64,000 nucleotides of DNA, from NCBI RefSeq assembly GCF_009914755.1, contig NC_060928.1; one strand, given 5' to 3'. This DNA is from the human T2T-CHM13v2.0 reference genome, Homo sapiens. The notes beneath the pieces are model-generated. The model was not told where the DNA came from. It ran no database searches and was given only the letters and a program-made list of their open reading frames with translations. The translations under genes and the position numbers were made by a program. Numbering within the stretch: the stretch's first letter is position 1; the number at the start of each line of letters is the position of its first letter. Below are positions 1 through 19,229 of the stretch, in pieces.

Positions 1-600
1 TTTGCTGGCTGTTTTATTTTAAGGGAGAACTTTAAGTATTGATTAGTGATTATTTAATACTTATAAACTGTGTATTATTCTAGTTTTTGTATTAGGTTTG
101 ACAAGTTATTTTTCTAGTAAGTTGTACATTTTGTTTGTTTTCAAATTTCTACCATTCAGATTTTCATAACATCTTGTAATGATGATATTATAAAATGTAT
201 TGCTAATTTTATTTCTTCAGGCTCTTCTTTTATTCTTTGATTTGTGCTTCCAGAAGCATGCCACTTTATTAGCTTTATCAAGAAAACATCCTTTAGGCCT
301 ATATTTAATATTTCTTTGAGATTTTTGTTTTACTTATTTGTTTTTCTTCTTGGTTATTTAGAGTTATTTTCTTGTTAATCTAGATTTCAAACTGAATGTT
401 AACTTCATTTATTCAAAAACTTTAGTGTTTTAATACACATTTAATGTTATCATATCCAAGTATTTATTTAGCAACATTCTATAGTTTTGAAATGTACAGT
501 GATTATTTCAAATAATATGCAACTTATATTGTAATTTTTTTCACCCGTAAGTTATTTGTATACAAGTTGTGTATTCACTTTTGCTTGACTTTGGTTTCTG
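1..600 (-). mobile_element. Highly diverged old L1 (L1M-type) ORF2 fragment
   Basis: T-rich sequence; 420-570 (cacatttaatgttatc...ttatttagcaacattctatagttttga...cacccgtaagttattt) resembles antisense L1M ORF2. Boundaries are approximate. Confidence 0.45.
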
Positions 601-1785
601 CATTTATGTATCTGATCCCTTTAAGTATATTTGTTAATGGACCTCATAAACTCTGGATTGTATTCCTGAATATTTGAATTTTGTATTGTAGATTTACCAT
701 CCATGGATCTTTATTGTGGTCATCGTTTGTGGCCTTGAAGAAGCTACTTGCTTTCTTTTACAAAATTTGCCAAGATGTTACTCTCATGGGGCCAATTTGA
801 TGATCTAGGATCATAAATTAAAGTTCAACAAACACACATTTCAATAAGTAGTGGTAAATACTCCATACAAAATTGATGAAAAGTTGGGGCAAGTTTGGCA
901 TTACACAGTTCTAGGCCAGTATATTGGCAGCAATTATACAGTAAGGGAAACTAGAAAAAAAGGGATAAAATAGGTAGTTAGAAAGGCAATCAACAGAACA
1001 AAGGAAGGAAGGCAACAGATACTGTTCTAGGAAAGTCTATCGGTTAGACATGAGATCACAATCATCTATTATAATGCTATTGAAATTAACTCTATGCTCC
1101 ATCAAATTTTAGGTAGATGGGTGAAGGCCCTAGCTGGTTTGAGCTGAAAAAATAGATTTTCACAATATCTTGACTTCCAAGTAATAAATTCTCAGTGATA
1201 ACAGTATGACTATTAAACAAACTGAGTCTGAACTTCAAATCAAACAATTATTTACCTTCATTATTACTTACTTCTTCCTTTATATGCCTCTCTTTACTCT
1301 TTTTCTCTAACTTCACCAACCTTCACTTCTTTCATTTTATAAATCACTCTTTCTCTAATATATTTTTCTTTCCTCTTTATTTTATCTGATTCATTACTTT
1401 ATGCATCTTTTTCAGGGAATTATACATATTGGCTCTAGAAATATCCCAGGTCCTCCTAACCCCTACCACCTGCCACCAGTATCTTGTCTCTAGTCACACA
1501 CAAATATTTCAAGGTTACTTCTAGCAGCCAACAATGAGAAGATTTCTCATAGAATGTCCATTCTAAGTAAAGGACAAATGAAATAATCTTCTGTAGTTTA
1601 TAATTTCCATTTTGGAGTTCCTACATTTTCTTACAAGCTATCTGTTTTACTTGTAAATAGGCTTTCTTATTTAGGTGAAGAGATTGAGTGGTATGAGGCT
1701 GCCAGTGGCATAATTCATTGTTTGTAAGCATGCCCACAGATTTAAAAACTTTAGCAGTTTGAAAATCAGAGCAATTCAAAAACTA

Positions 1786-1790
<5 letters not shown>

Positions 1791-1846
<56 letters not shown>
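1791..1846. repeat. Compound microsatellite (TA)22(CA)6
   Basis: Read directly from the sequence. Confidence 0.97.
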
Positions 1847-3294
1847 TTTGATACAGTATGTTTCTTATATATTGTTATCTTTTCTGGGGCAATCCACAAA
1901 TTAAATTATTTGAATCCAGAAGTGTATCTTTGTTTTGGATATTAAACTTTCATATCTTACAAACCCAAAGAAAATTCTCTAAATTCTCACTATCACTTTG
2001 CTGTTTGTCATTTCTCCAATCATCAAACACACACAAAGCCATCTGTGAAGACGATGGCAGAGACAAACAATATATTGGAAGACAGTGAAGCACTGTAGTC
2101 AACAGCGCTGTGCTGTTTTCACCAACCATGACACAATGTTCAGTACTTCAAATCTTTTGTCCTTTGATCTCATCAGAACTTTTCAAAATGTCTTTTGGTT
2201 ATTTTTTCTAACCAACACCCTGGTGAGACAAAAAATCTGAAACCCTACTCACCTATAGTCTTACATTGTTTCTTGTAACCGTGTGTATTCCGCTATAATT
2301 CCATACATAGAAAGTACTAGGAATAAAATCAATACTGACATTTGTCTGCAAACTATGTAGAATGTCTGACAAGTCATGCGATTACTTTACAAAGTAAAAA
2401 AACAGACATTTTGATAACTGAAGTGATTACCTTCCAATCCTCTCTGCCATCAAAGCTGTTAGTTGCCAGCCTTCATCTTAAGGATGGAACTCAGCTGTTC
2501 ATAGAAACCTCGCTTAATGAGGAATGGCTGGGCTGGTGACAAATGATCATTATGCTTCCTTCTTTGCAAAAAAATGCCATGACATGATGAAGTGCTCTAA
2601 TCGATTCCAGCCTCTCTTTTGTTGTCAAAAAATCTATTAACCTGTAAGGAACTGTGGCCTTAAAGGCCAAAGAGTCTACATTGCTGATTGAGGAAGATCC
2701 ATATTTTTTGTTTGTCAGTTTTGCCCAAATTAAAGGAATAAAAAAAGTGGGCTGTATTTTTTTTTTTTCATTTTACAAATGGCATGTTTTTATTTTTACT
2801 CTGTCTGATTACTTATCCTGAGGTGATAGGGTTTTTAGATAACTCGAAGTGTTCTGTCTGGACCCTTCCTATTCCAGAGATGCTTTTAGAATTTTACACT
2901 CAATGCAGCACAAGCTACCACTTACTTCTCCTTGACAATATCTCAAATATGTATCTGAGGAATGAAGGTTTAATATTTCCACCAGAATCCTTGATGGTAT
3001 CAATCTTTGGGCCAATGAACCTTACTTTTCCAAAGAGTAAAAATTAGTTTAAATCAAGACTTATAATAGCAGGATTCTGAGGTATTACTGTAGAATGATT
3101 GAAGTATTGAAATTATTAAATGAATTCAATATTATTGACATCTTTGACGAATATTATCTTTTGAAGTTCTTATGATACTATCAAATAATAAAACGGTAAA
3201 GCTCATCTTGAGTAAATAAGTCATCACATATTTTGCAAGGACAAAATATGTTTATGTTAATTTTCTAATTGGATAGAAATTAGTGTCTTGAAAG

Positions 3295-3625
3295 ATTTTT
3301 ATATATTTATAGATATATATCTAAATTTATATATATCTGTTACATAAATATATACATATTTATATATGTAGTATGTATTATGCATTAAGAGATATGAGTC
3401 TGTACATAATTTATATAAGTATTATATAAATGTATTTACATATGTATTATATTAATATATGTATTATATAAATATATATTTGTATATGTATTTATTTTCA
3501 TATGTGTCTATATATAACATATATTTTTATAGAGACATATATAAGCACATATATATAAATCTGGAAACATTTTATATATAAACACACACACATGCACTCA
3601 CACACAACACATACACATATATATA
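3295..3625. repeat. AT-rich low-complexity, degenerate (TA)n/(CA)n region
   Basis: Dense tatata and cacaca runs. Confidence 0.85.
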
Positions 3626-4791
3626 GTATTTGAAAATTGTAGCTCTCGGCACTCTATCTCATGGGTAAGGGAGGATAAATATTTTAGTGTTGTGAGGTGA
3701 ACCCTAACAGCCTACATATGGCCATGTGTCAGAAACTTCCTTGTTTTGGTGTTCTTCCCTTTGCGGAACATCTGAAGTATCTCTCTTAGCTCATGGATAA
3801 AGGCCTCTCTCATATGCTTTTCTAGAGTAACGATGGGAAGGGCATGCTAGGAAATGTAGATGTGAGCAAAAGCAAGTCCTAAGGAATATCTGTTGGTCAC
3901 TGTTAACTTAGGTCTTTGTTTTCCATACTTTTGTAATCTACTTCTGGCCTTATAATCCATACTCTTTTAGATTTAAACATATTTGATGACTTTCTGCTCT
4001 CTTTTTTGTTCTTCATTAAACCTTACTTTCAGAAAATAACTGTTTATAACCAGAGAAAATCTTCAAAATATTAACAATAGTGGTAGAGCCTAGTGGTTTT
4101 CCAATCACAATGGATGGCAGCTATGGTGCTGGAACAGGGGTGTGGGGACCCTTGACTGAATAAGGCACTACCCGTTGAGGATTAAGTGTTGAGGAATGGG
4201 ATTGCTCCCCAGCACCTTTAAAATCATATTACAGCTAAGCTGTTTTTCCTCAGGTCATTGATAAAATAATTTACAATTAGATTCATTTCATTAGCTAATT
4301 TGCCTCTGAACACTTTACAGATGTTTTATTTTGGAAATTTAGGGAATCTACATTTCTGTGGCTTGAAGTAAACTGGTCCTGGGGTTAGTGCTAAAGGAAC
4401 CACTAAGCACAAAATCAATGAATTTTAAATTTATCTTGGTGATTGTTGAAATGCTATTGGTTACTGCAGTCTCAATAAAAGTGAGTGTCAAAATATTTTG
4501 TTATTGTAAATTAGTTTCAGATATATTGTAAAATAAGAAATTGTTAGATATAGTTTGCTAACATCATAAATGTGCTTTTTATTACTTGTGAAAATACATG
4601 TAAAATTCTGAATAAGATATTAGCAACATAGCTCAACAATATATCAAGAATAATACAATATGGCCAAATAGATTTAATTTTAGAAATGAAAGGGTGATTT
4701 CAATACAAGTATATCTGTCTATATAGTCAATTACATCAGCATATAAAGGGAGAAAAAAGCATGTGAATAAACACATAAAAATATGGAACAA

Positions 4792-5128
<337 letters not shown>

Positions 5129-5254
5129 GGAACAGAACAGACATTTAATAACATCTAGTCACTATCATAAATAAGACACTAAACATAAATAATAGAAGAA
5201 AACTATAAAAAGGATTGTAAGCTATTTAAAATAAATTAATAAAGGTATACCAGA

Positions 5255-5632
<378 letters not shown>

Positions 5633-5702
5633 CTAGCCAGGGATGCCAGCTGTCACCTGTATTTGTTTAATAATGTCTTGGAAGCTCTAACAGATGCATT
5701 AA

Positions 5703-6089
<387 letters not shown>

Positions 6090-7829
6090 TAAAACCTCAC
6101 AGATTCCAGCAAAAAGCTTTCAGAAAATATTTTAAAATTATGTTGATAGTTTGGTTGCATACAACATTAACATACAAAGTCAATTATTATTATATCATCA
6201 ATACACTCCCAGTAATAAAAATTAGAAAAAATTCCATTCACAATATCTCATAAACTCTAAAGTCTTAGAAATGTATGATAAGATGAAAGAAATAGGAATC
6301 TTATTTAAAATCTTAGTGAAACATATAAAAGGGTTCTAAACAAATGGCAAGACATATATCCTTATATATGAAGCCAGTGGCCTACAGATATAAATTCTTC
6401 AATTACATTTAGGTCTTTAAAATAATTCATCCACCCTGGATAAGATAACTTTCACATTCAGATGGCAAAGTAATGCATTATAATATCTAAGAAGGCATTT
6501 TTTAAAAAAAGAAGACTGATAAGTTGTCATTATGATGTTACACTATTAATATAATCATAATGAGATCCATGTGGCACTGGCATTGAAATAGATGAGTGGA
6601 GCAGAGCCACAGAATACAACATGCAGAAATAGATCTTGAATGTATTATATGAAAAGTGATAGTTTAATTCAGTGAAAAACAGTGTGTCAAATAGTTGGGC
6701 CCAAATGACTATACATCAAGAAGAAAATGAAGTTTTGTCCCTATATTACACTATAAATGAAAGATATTAAGGATGATAAAATGCACATCATTAAAAAATC
6801 TAAATCAATACTCACACGGTCTTGGATGTAGAAAACATTACTAACCAAAACTAGACTACTAGAAACAAAAATGTATATAAGCATACCTATATAGGAAAAT
6901 CATATACACATTTGCATATGTGTGTGTATTTCAATATAGAAATTATTTAAATGGTAAGAGCCTAAATTCTAGAATACACGAAGAGCTCTGAGATCATACA
7001 GATTGACAAGGAAAAGAAAAGCAACAAGCACACAAATAGACCAAGATTTTAAAGAAGAAATTGTGAGAATAGTTAGAAAATGTGAAAAAATAGTTTAATT
7101 CACTAATAATAAAATGAATGCCAAATCAGGTAACATGGCATAGTTTTACATCCATCAGACTGGAAAATATTAAAAAGAGGCAAACAACTTTTGCCAGCTG
7201 GCAGAGCAGGAAAACAGTATTTTCATACATAGAGTGTTGTAGAGTGTGAAATTACAAATACTTTGAAAATCAAGCTGGAAAAAGTATATTAAAGTTTCAA
7301 ATTATTTTACCTACATCTTGGCAAACTGAACTCTAGAAATCTATCTAGTCAAGCCCTAGAACACAAAGACAAACATAAAAGGAAGTTTACTACAGCATTT
7401 TTGTAGGAGTAATATACTAGCTTATCATTCTTTGAGATGGTTTATCAAATTATGTGATATTCACACCATCGGATAATATGCAGCTATTAGAATTATTTAA
7501 GCTCAAACAGTAGACCTTTAGGGTATTATCAAAAGTATTGTGGAGAGAGAAATGTAAGATGTATAAGAATGTATCAAACATATTTTTGGCAAAATCGTGA
7601 CAAATATTTTTAAAATCTATAGATTTATGTAGAAGCATAGAAAAACATGGGAATATGGATATTATGAATTTGGTTTACACAGAGGGGCAGAAGGAGGTGA
7701 GAATAATGAGAAGGATAAGACAGATAGTTTAAAAACCACTCTATAAGGTCATCCTAGACGTGTGTAAAATTTAGTATGTGTGCACGAATGACTTTAAATT
7801 TATGAATAATAGGAAACTATTGAAAAAAC

Positions 7830-7898
7830 CTAAGGAAGCAGTTTAAAGAAGATATCCCAGACTAAGGAAAAAGTTTAAAGAAGATATCCCAGACTAAG
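7830..7898. repeat. 32-bp tandem duplication
   Basis: ctaaggaa(gc/aa)agtttaaagaagatatcccaga occurs twice, followed by ctaag. Confidence 0.92.
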
Positions 7899-8406
7899 TA
7901 TGAGTAGTTAAAAAAAGTAAAACCCCTTATACTTTATCTTTTTCTTCAATATACTAATCAAGCTTATTCAAATGCAGTAAGGAAGTCTCACTTTATAATG
8001 TTAACAAAATCACTTTATTGCTTAACTTTGTATGTAATGAATATGCCAAGTGAATTTCTTGAAGGATAATAACTAAGAAAAAGAAATACTAAATTGCGAA
8101 GTGGATGTCATTTATAGTTTGGATACATGATGTCACTTCATTTTTGCTACAATAGCTGTTATGTTCCTGTCTACCTGAGAAATTTCACTTCATCTGCGAT
8201 AGACTGATAAATTGCAGGTGTATTTCTATTTTCTCTATGAATTTTCACTTTAGGGTAAATTATCAATAAACATATTATTATCAGAAAACTTGGAAGATAT
8301 TATATAATACACAAGGGTATTTAGTTTATGCATGTTAATAAATGCTTCACCTTTGGACAAAGCTAAAAGGAATACTGTACTACGATCATCTCTTCCTTGC
8401 AACTGA

Positions 8407-8700
<294 letters not shown>

Positions 8701-9625
8701 GCAACTGATTCATCAAGAACTCAATTGACAGAGAGATACAATAAGAATCATTACTACTCAAAGAAAGAAAATATTTCCACCTGACATAACAGTAAAACTA
8801 TTAGTGTGTTATAGGAATAATAAAGATGATAAAAACTGAGAACATCCATTGAAATTGTCAGCCTTCATTCTCTTATAATTTAGATCCAGTAGAAAAGAAT
8901 ATAATTATGTTCATGTGATACACAAGTATGCCACGCTGGAAGCAAAATTAAGATTACATTGAATCTTTAGTATTGCCTTTGTATTATCAGGATAGTTGTA
9001 ATTGCTGAGAGAACTTTTGAAGACGGGCTTTTTTAATTTTAGAAATTTACATTTTCAAAGTTTAAGTAAGAAACACATGGCTATTAAACATATAAGGAGC
9101 ACAAATTAATCTCAAATTGGAATCTACATGTTGAATGTGTAAGAAAAATATTTCATTTTTTTTAAATGATCAGTCATTCCAACTATATAATGCTATGAAA
9201 AAGTATACCTTTATAGTAAAGACAAATTTTGTACAGATTATGGAGTATTGAAAAGGTCAGTAAAACCAGAAAACCTATTTTATTTAGTTTTTGATAGAAA
9301 AGAGGCGTATGGCTTTGGGAAAATTACTCTCCATTTCTTATCTGTGTCCTATAGCCATGGCCCAGCTTTATGCTGGATAGTGCTAGTTTGTGCCTATGTC
9401 TTAGCAAAATATTAATCATGTACTTTTCACTGTTAAGAGTGCCTTGCTTTGGATAATACATTGTCACCTTGTTTATGTACATTAGCTTTTCTAAAGCCTA
9501 GCCATAGAAACCCATAGTGAACTGTGTTCCAGGATGGTCGAATAGGAACAGCTCTGGTCTGCAACTCCCAGCTTGATTGACGCAGAAGATGAGTGATTTC
9601 TCCATTTCCAACTGAGGTACCTGGT

Positions 9626-9958
9626 TCATCTCATTGGCAATGTTTGGACAGTGGGTGCAGTCCATGGAGGGTAAGCCAAAGCAGGGCGAGGCATTGCCTC
9701 ACCCCGGAAGCACAAGGGGTTAGGATTTTTCCCTTTCCTAGCCAAGGGAAGCCGTGACAGACTGCACCTGGAAAAAGGGTACACTTCTGCCCAAATACTG
9801 TACTTTTCCCATGGTCTTAGGAACCAGCAGACCAGGAGATTCCCTCTCATGCGGGGCTCAGTGGGTCCCATGCCTATGGAGCTGTGCTCACTGCTAGCGC
9901 AACAGTCTGAGATCGACCTGCAAGGCTGCAGCCTGGATGGGGGAGGGGAGTTGGCCAT
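9626..9958 (-). CDS. L1 ORF0 homolog, open for 110 codons; putative, expression unknown
   Basis: MANSPPPSRLQPCRSISDCCASSEHSSIGMGPTEP...FSRC aligns with the remembered L1 ORF0 (MAGAPPPASLPPCSLISDCCASNQRDSVGVGPSEP...FSRC); start context ggaATGG. Confidence 0.6.
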   Translation of the reverse strand: MANSPPPSRLQPCRSISDCCASSEHSSIGMGPTEPRMRGNLLVCWFLRPWEKYSIWAEVYPFSRCSLSRLPLARKGKNPNPLCFRGEAMPRPALAYPPWTAPTVQTLPMR

Positions 9959-10483
9959 TCCTGAAGATTGAGTAGGTAAACAAAGTGGCTGGGAAGCTCC
10001 AACTGGGTGAGGCCCACCACAGCTCAGCCTATATCCTTCATATACAGCCAAACCAAGCTTCACCAGTGAAGGAGAAATAAAATCCTTTACAGAGAAGCAA
10101 ATGCTGAGAGATTTTGTCACCACCAGGCCTGCCTTACAAGAGCTCCTGAAGGAAACACTAAACATGGAAAGGAACAACAAGTGCCAACCAATGCAAAAAC
10201 ATGCCAAATTGTAAAGACCATTAATGCTATGAAGAAACCTGCATCAATTAATGGGCAAAATAAGCAGCTAACATCGTAATGACAGGATTGATTACACACA
10301 TAACAATATTAACCTTAAATTGAAATGGGCTAAATGCCCCAATTAAAAGACACAGACTGGCAAATTGGATAAAGAGTCAAGACCCATCATCAGTGTGCTG
10401 TATTCAGAAGAGCCATCTCACATGCAAAGACACACATAGGCTCAAAATAAAGGGATAGAGGAAGAGCTACCAAGCAAATGGAA

Positions 10484-10486
<3 letters not shown>

Positions 10487-10516
<30 letters not shown>
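10487..10516 (+). repeat. A30 tract inside the outer L1 ORF2 endonuclease region
   Basis: The nested L1 copy has only A7 at the equivalent site (12871-12877). Confidence 0.9.
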
Positions 10517-10517
<1 letters not shown>

Positions 10518-11589
10518 CCGGGGTTGCAATCCTAGTCTCTGATAAAACAGATGTTAAACCAACAAAGCTCAAAACAGATCAAGAAGGGGGAGAGGTTCCA
10601 AGATGGCCCAATAGGAACAGCTCCAGTCTGCAGCTCCCAGTGTGAGCAACACAGAAAATGGGTGATTTCTGCATTTCCAACTGAGGTACCAAATTCATCT
10701 CACTGGAGGTTATCAGACAGTGGGTGCAGCCCACAGAGCTGGGCAGGGCATTGCCTCACCCGGGAAGTGCAAGGGATTGGGGAATTCCCTTTGCTAGCAA
10801 AGGGAAGCCATGACAGACAGTACCTGGAAAATCAGGACACTCCCACCCTAATACTGCGTATTTACAAAGGCCTTAGCAAACGGCACACCAGGAGATTATA
10901 TCCCACACCTGGCTCAGAGGGTCCCATGCCCATGGAGCCTCGCTCATTGCTAGCACACCAGTCTGAGATAGAACTGTAAGGCAGCAGAGAGGCTGGGAGA
11001 GGGGCATCGGCCATTGCTGAGGCTTGAGAAGGTAAACAAAGTGGCTGGGAAGCTTAAACTGGGTGGAGCCCACCTCAGCTAAAGGAAGTCTGCCTGCTTC
11101 TGTAGACTCCACCTCTGGGGGCAGGGCATAGCTGAACAAAAGGCAGCAGAAACTTCTGCAGACTTAAACATCCCTGTCTGACAGCTTTGAAAAGAGTAGT
11201 GGTTCTCCCAGTATGGAGTTTGAGATCTAAGAACAGACAGACTGCCTCCTCAAGTGGGTCTCTGACCCCCAAGTAGCCTAACTGGGAGGCACCTCCCAGT
11301 AGGGGCCAACTGACACCTCATACAGCTGGGTGCCCCTTTGAGATGAAGCTTCCAGAGGAAGGATCAGACAGCAACATCTGCTGTTCTGCAATATTTGCTG
11401 TTCTTCAGCATCTTCTGGTGATACCCAGGCAAACAGGGTCTGGAGTGGACTTCCAGCAAACTCCAACAGACCTGCAGTTAACGGTCCTGACTGTTAGAAG
11501 GAAAACTAACAGACAGAAAGGACATCCACACCAAAACCCCATCTGTAAGTCACCATGATCAGAGACCATAGGTAGATAAAACCACAAAG

Positions 11590-12604
11590 ATGGGGAGAAA
11601 CCAGAGCAGAAAAGGTGAAAATTCTAAAAATCCGAGCATCTCTTCTCCAAAGGAACAAAGCTCCTCACCAGCAATGGAACAAAGCTGGATGGAGAATGAC
11701 TTTGATGAGTTGAGAGAAGAAGGCTTCAGACGATTGGTAATAACAAACTTCTCCAAGCTAAAGGAGGATGTTCAAACCCACTGCAAAGAAGCTAAAAACC
11801 TTGAAAAAAGATTAAACAAATGGCTCACTAGAATAAACAGTGTAGCGAAGTCTTTAAATGACCTGATGGAGCTGAAAACCATGGCATGAGAACTATGTGA
11901 TGCATGCACAAGCTTCAGTAGCCAATTTGATCAAGTGGAAGAAAGAGTATCAGTAACTGAAGATCAAATGAATGAAATAAAGCAAGAATTTAGAGAAAAA
12001 AGGTACAAAGAAATGAACAAATCCTCCAAGAAATATGGGACTATGTGAAAAGACAAAATATACATCTGATTGGTGTACCTGAAAGTGACAGGGAGAATGG
12101 AACCAACTGGAAAGCACTCTTCAGGATATTACCCAGGAGAACGTCCCCAACCTAGTGAGCCAGGTCAACATTCAAATTCAGGAAATATAGAGAATGCAAC
12201 AAAGATACTCCTTGAGAAGAGCAACTCCAAAACACATAATTGTCAGATTCGCCAAAGTTGAAATGAAGGAAAAAATGTTAAGGGCAGCCAGAGAGAAAGG
12301 TTGGGTTACCCACAAAGGGAAACCCATCAGACTAACAGCGGATCTCTCAGCAGAAACTCTACCAACCAGAAGAGAGAGGAGGCCAATATTCAACATTCTT
12401 AAAGAAAAGAATTTTCAACCCAGAATCTCATATCCAGCCAAACTAAGCTTCATAAGTGAAGGCGAAATAAAATCCTTTACAGACAAGCAAATGCTAAGAG
12501 ATTTTGTCACCACCAGGCCTGCCTTACAAGAGCTCCTGAAGGAAGTGTTAAACATGGAAAAGAACAACTGGTACCAGCCACTGCAAAAACATGCCAAATT
12601 GTAA
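11590..12604 (+). pseudogene. L1 ORF1p, disrupted
   Basis: MGRNQSRKGENSKN... and ...WYQPLQKHAKL fragments separated by a stop and a frameshift. Confidence 0.9.
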
Positions 12605-12667
12605 AGACCATCAATGCAAGGAAGAAACTGAATCAACTAACGAGCAAAATAACCAGCTAACATCATA

Positions 12668-16495
<3,828 letters not shown>

Positions 16496-17292
16496 TGAGA
16501 ACACTTGGGCATAGGGTGGGGAACATCACACACTGGGGCCTGTCGTGGGGTTGGGGGAGGAGGAAGGGATAGCATTAGGAGTTATACCTAATGAAAATCA
16601 TGAGTTAATGGGTGCAGCACACCAACATGGCACATGTATACATATGTAACAAACCTGCACGTTGTGCACAAGTACCCTAGAACTTATAGTATAAAAAAAA
16701 AGAGACACAAGAAGGCCATTACATAATGATAAAGGCATCAATCCATAAAGAAGAGCTAACTATCCTAATTATATATGCACCCAAAACCGGAACCCCCAGA
16801 TTCATAAAGCAAGTCCTTAGAGACATACAAAGAGACTTAGACTCCCACACAATAATGGGAGATTTTAACACCCCATTGTCAATATTAGACAGATCAATGA
16901 GACAGAAGGTTAACAAGGATATCCAGGACTTGAACTCAGCTCTGCACCAAGCGGGCCTAATAGACATCTACAGAACTCTCCTCACCAAAACAACAGAATA
17001 TACATTATTCTCAGCACCAAATCGCACTTATTCTAAAACTGACCGCATAATTGGAAGTAAAGCACTCCTCAGCAAATGTAAAAGAACAGAAATCACAAGA
17101 AACAGTGTCTCAGACCACACTGCAATCAAATTAGAACTCAGGATTAAGAAACTCACTCAAAACCACACAACTACATGGAAACCGAACAACCTGCTCCTGA
17201 ATGACTACTGGGTAAATAACGAAATGAAGTCAGAAATAAAGATGTTCTTTGAAACCAATGAGAACAAAGACACAACGTGCCAGAATCTCTAG

Positions 17293-17412
<120 letters not shown>

Positions 17413-18434
17413 TAAACAAATTCAAAAGCTAGCAGAAGGCAAGACATAACTAAGATCAAAGAAGAACTGAAGGAGATGGAGACACAAAAATCTCTTCAAA
17501 AAATCAATGAATCCAGGAGCTGGTTTTTTGAAAAGATCAACAAAATGATAGACTGCTAGCAAGACTAATAAAGAAGAAAAGAAAGAAGAATCAAATAGAT
17601 TCAATAAAAAATGATAAAGAGGCTATCACCACAGATCCCATAAAAATACAAACTACCATCAGAGAATACTATAAACATCTCTATTCAAATAAACTAGAAA
17701 ATCTAGAAGAAATGGATAAATTCCTGGTCACACACACCCTCCCAAGACTAAACCAGGAAGAAGTTGAACTTCTGAATAGACCAATAACAGACTCTAAAAT
17801 TGAGGCAATAATTAATGGCTTTCCAACCAAAAAAAGTCCAGGACCAGATGGATTCACAGACAAATTCTACCAGAGGTACAAAGAGGAGTTTCCTTGTGAA
17901 AGTATTCCAATCAATAGAAAAAGAGGGAATCCTCCTAACTCATTTTATGAGGCCAGCATCATCCTGATACCGAAGCCTGGCAGAGACACAACAACAACAA
18001 AAAAAGAGAATTTAAGACCAATATCCCTGATGAACATCAATGAGAAAATCCTCAATAAAATACTGGCAAATCAAATCCAGCAGCACATCAAAAAGCTTAT
18101 CCACCATGATCAAGTTGTCTTCTTCCCTGGGTTGCAAGGCTGGTTCAACATACACAAATCAATAAACGTAACCCATCACATAAACAGAACCAACAACAAA
18201 AACTACATGATTAACTCAATAGATGCAGAAAAGGCCTTCGACAAAACTCAACAGCCCTTCATGCTAAAAACTCTCAATAAACTAGTATTGATGGAACGTA
18301 TCTCAAAATAATAAGAGCTATTTATGACAAACCCACAGCAAATATCATACTGAATGGACAAAAACTGGAAGCATTCCCTTTGAAAACCGGCGCAAGAGAA
18401 GGATACCCTCTCTCACCACTCTTATACAACATAG

Positions 18435-18617
<183 letters not shown>

Positions 18618-18657
18618 TAAATGTGCAAAAATCACAAGCATTCCTATACACCAATAA

Positions 18658-19059
<402 letters not shown>

Positions 19060-19229
19060 TAGTACACCGGTCTCACTAGTTGTACTTGTTACACATCACA
19101 TGTGGATTACTGAAGCTCACTCCCAAGGTTTCTTGTTCAGAAGCTCTATTATAATCTAGAAAATCTTTTTACTTAGGTCGCGATCTTTAATGCTATTCAC
19201 TGTTATGTTGTTCTGTGATTTCAGGCAAA

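Noticed and set aside
1858-3047. Short ORFs and possible exons in unique sequence
   Set aside because: 60-90 aa, AT-biased composition, no homology I recognise and no coherent splice structure.
10020-10050. Spliced L1 (SpIRE) explanation for the outer L1 deletion
   Set aside because: The junction is not at the known donor near nt 97 (ctgag|gtacc is intact at 9612-9621) and it contains filler bases.
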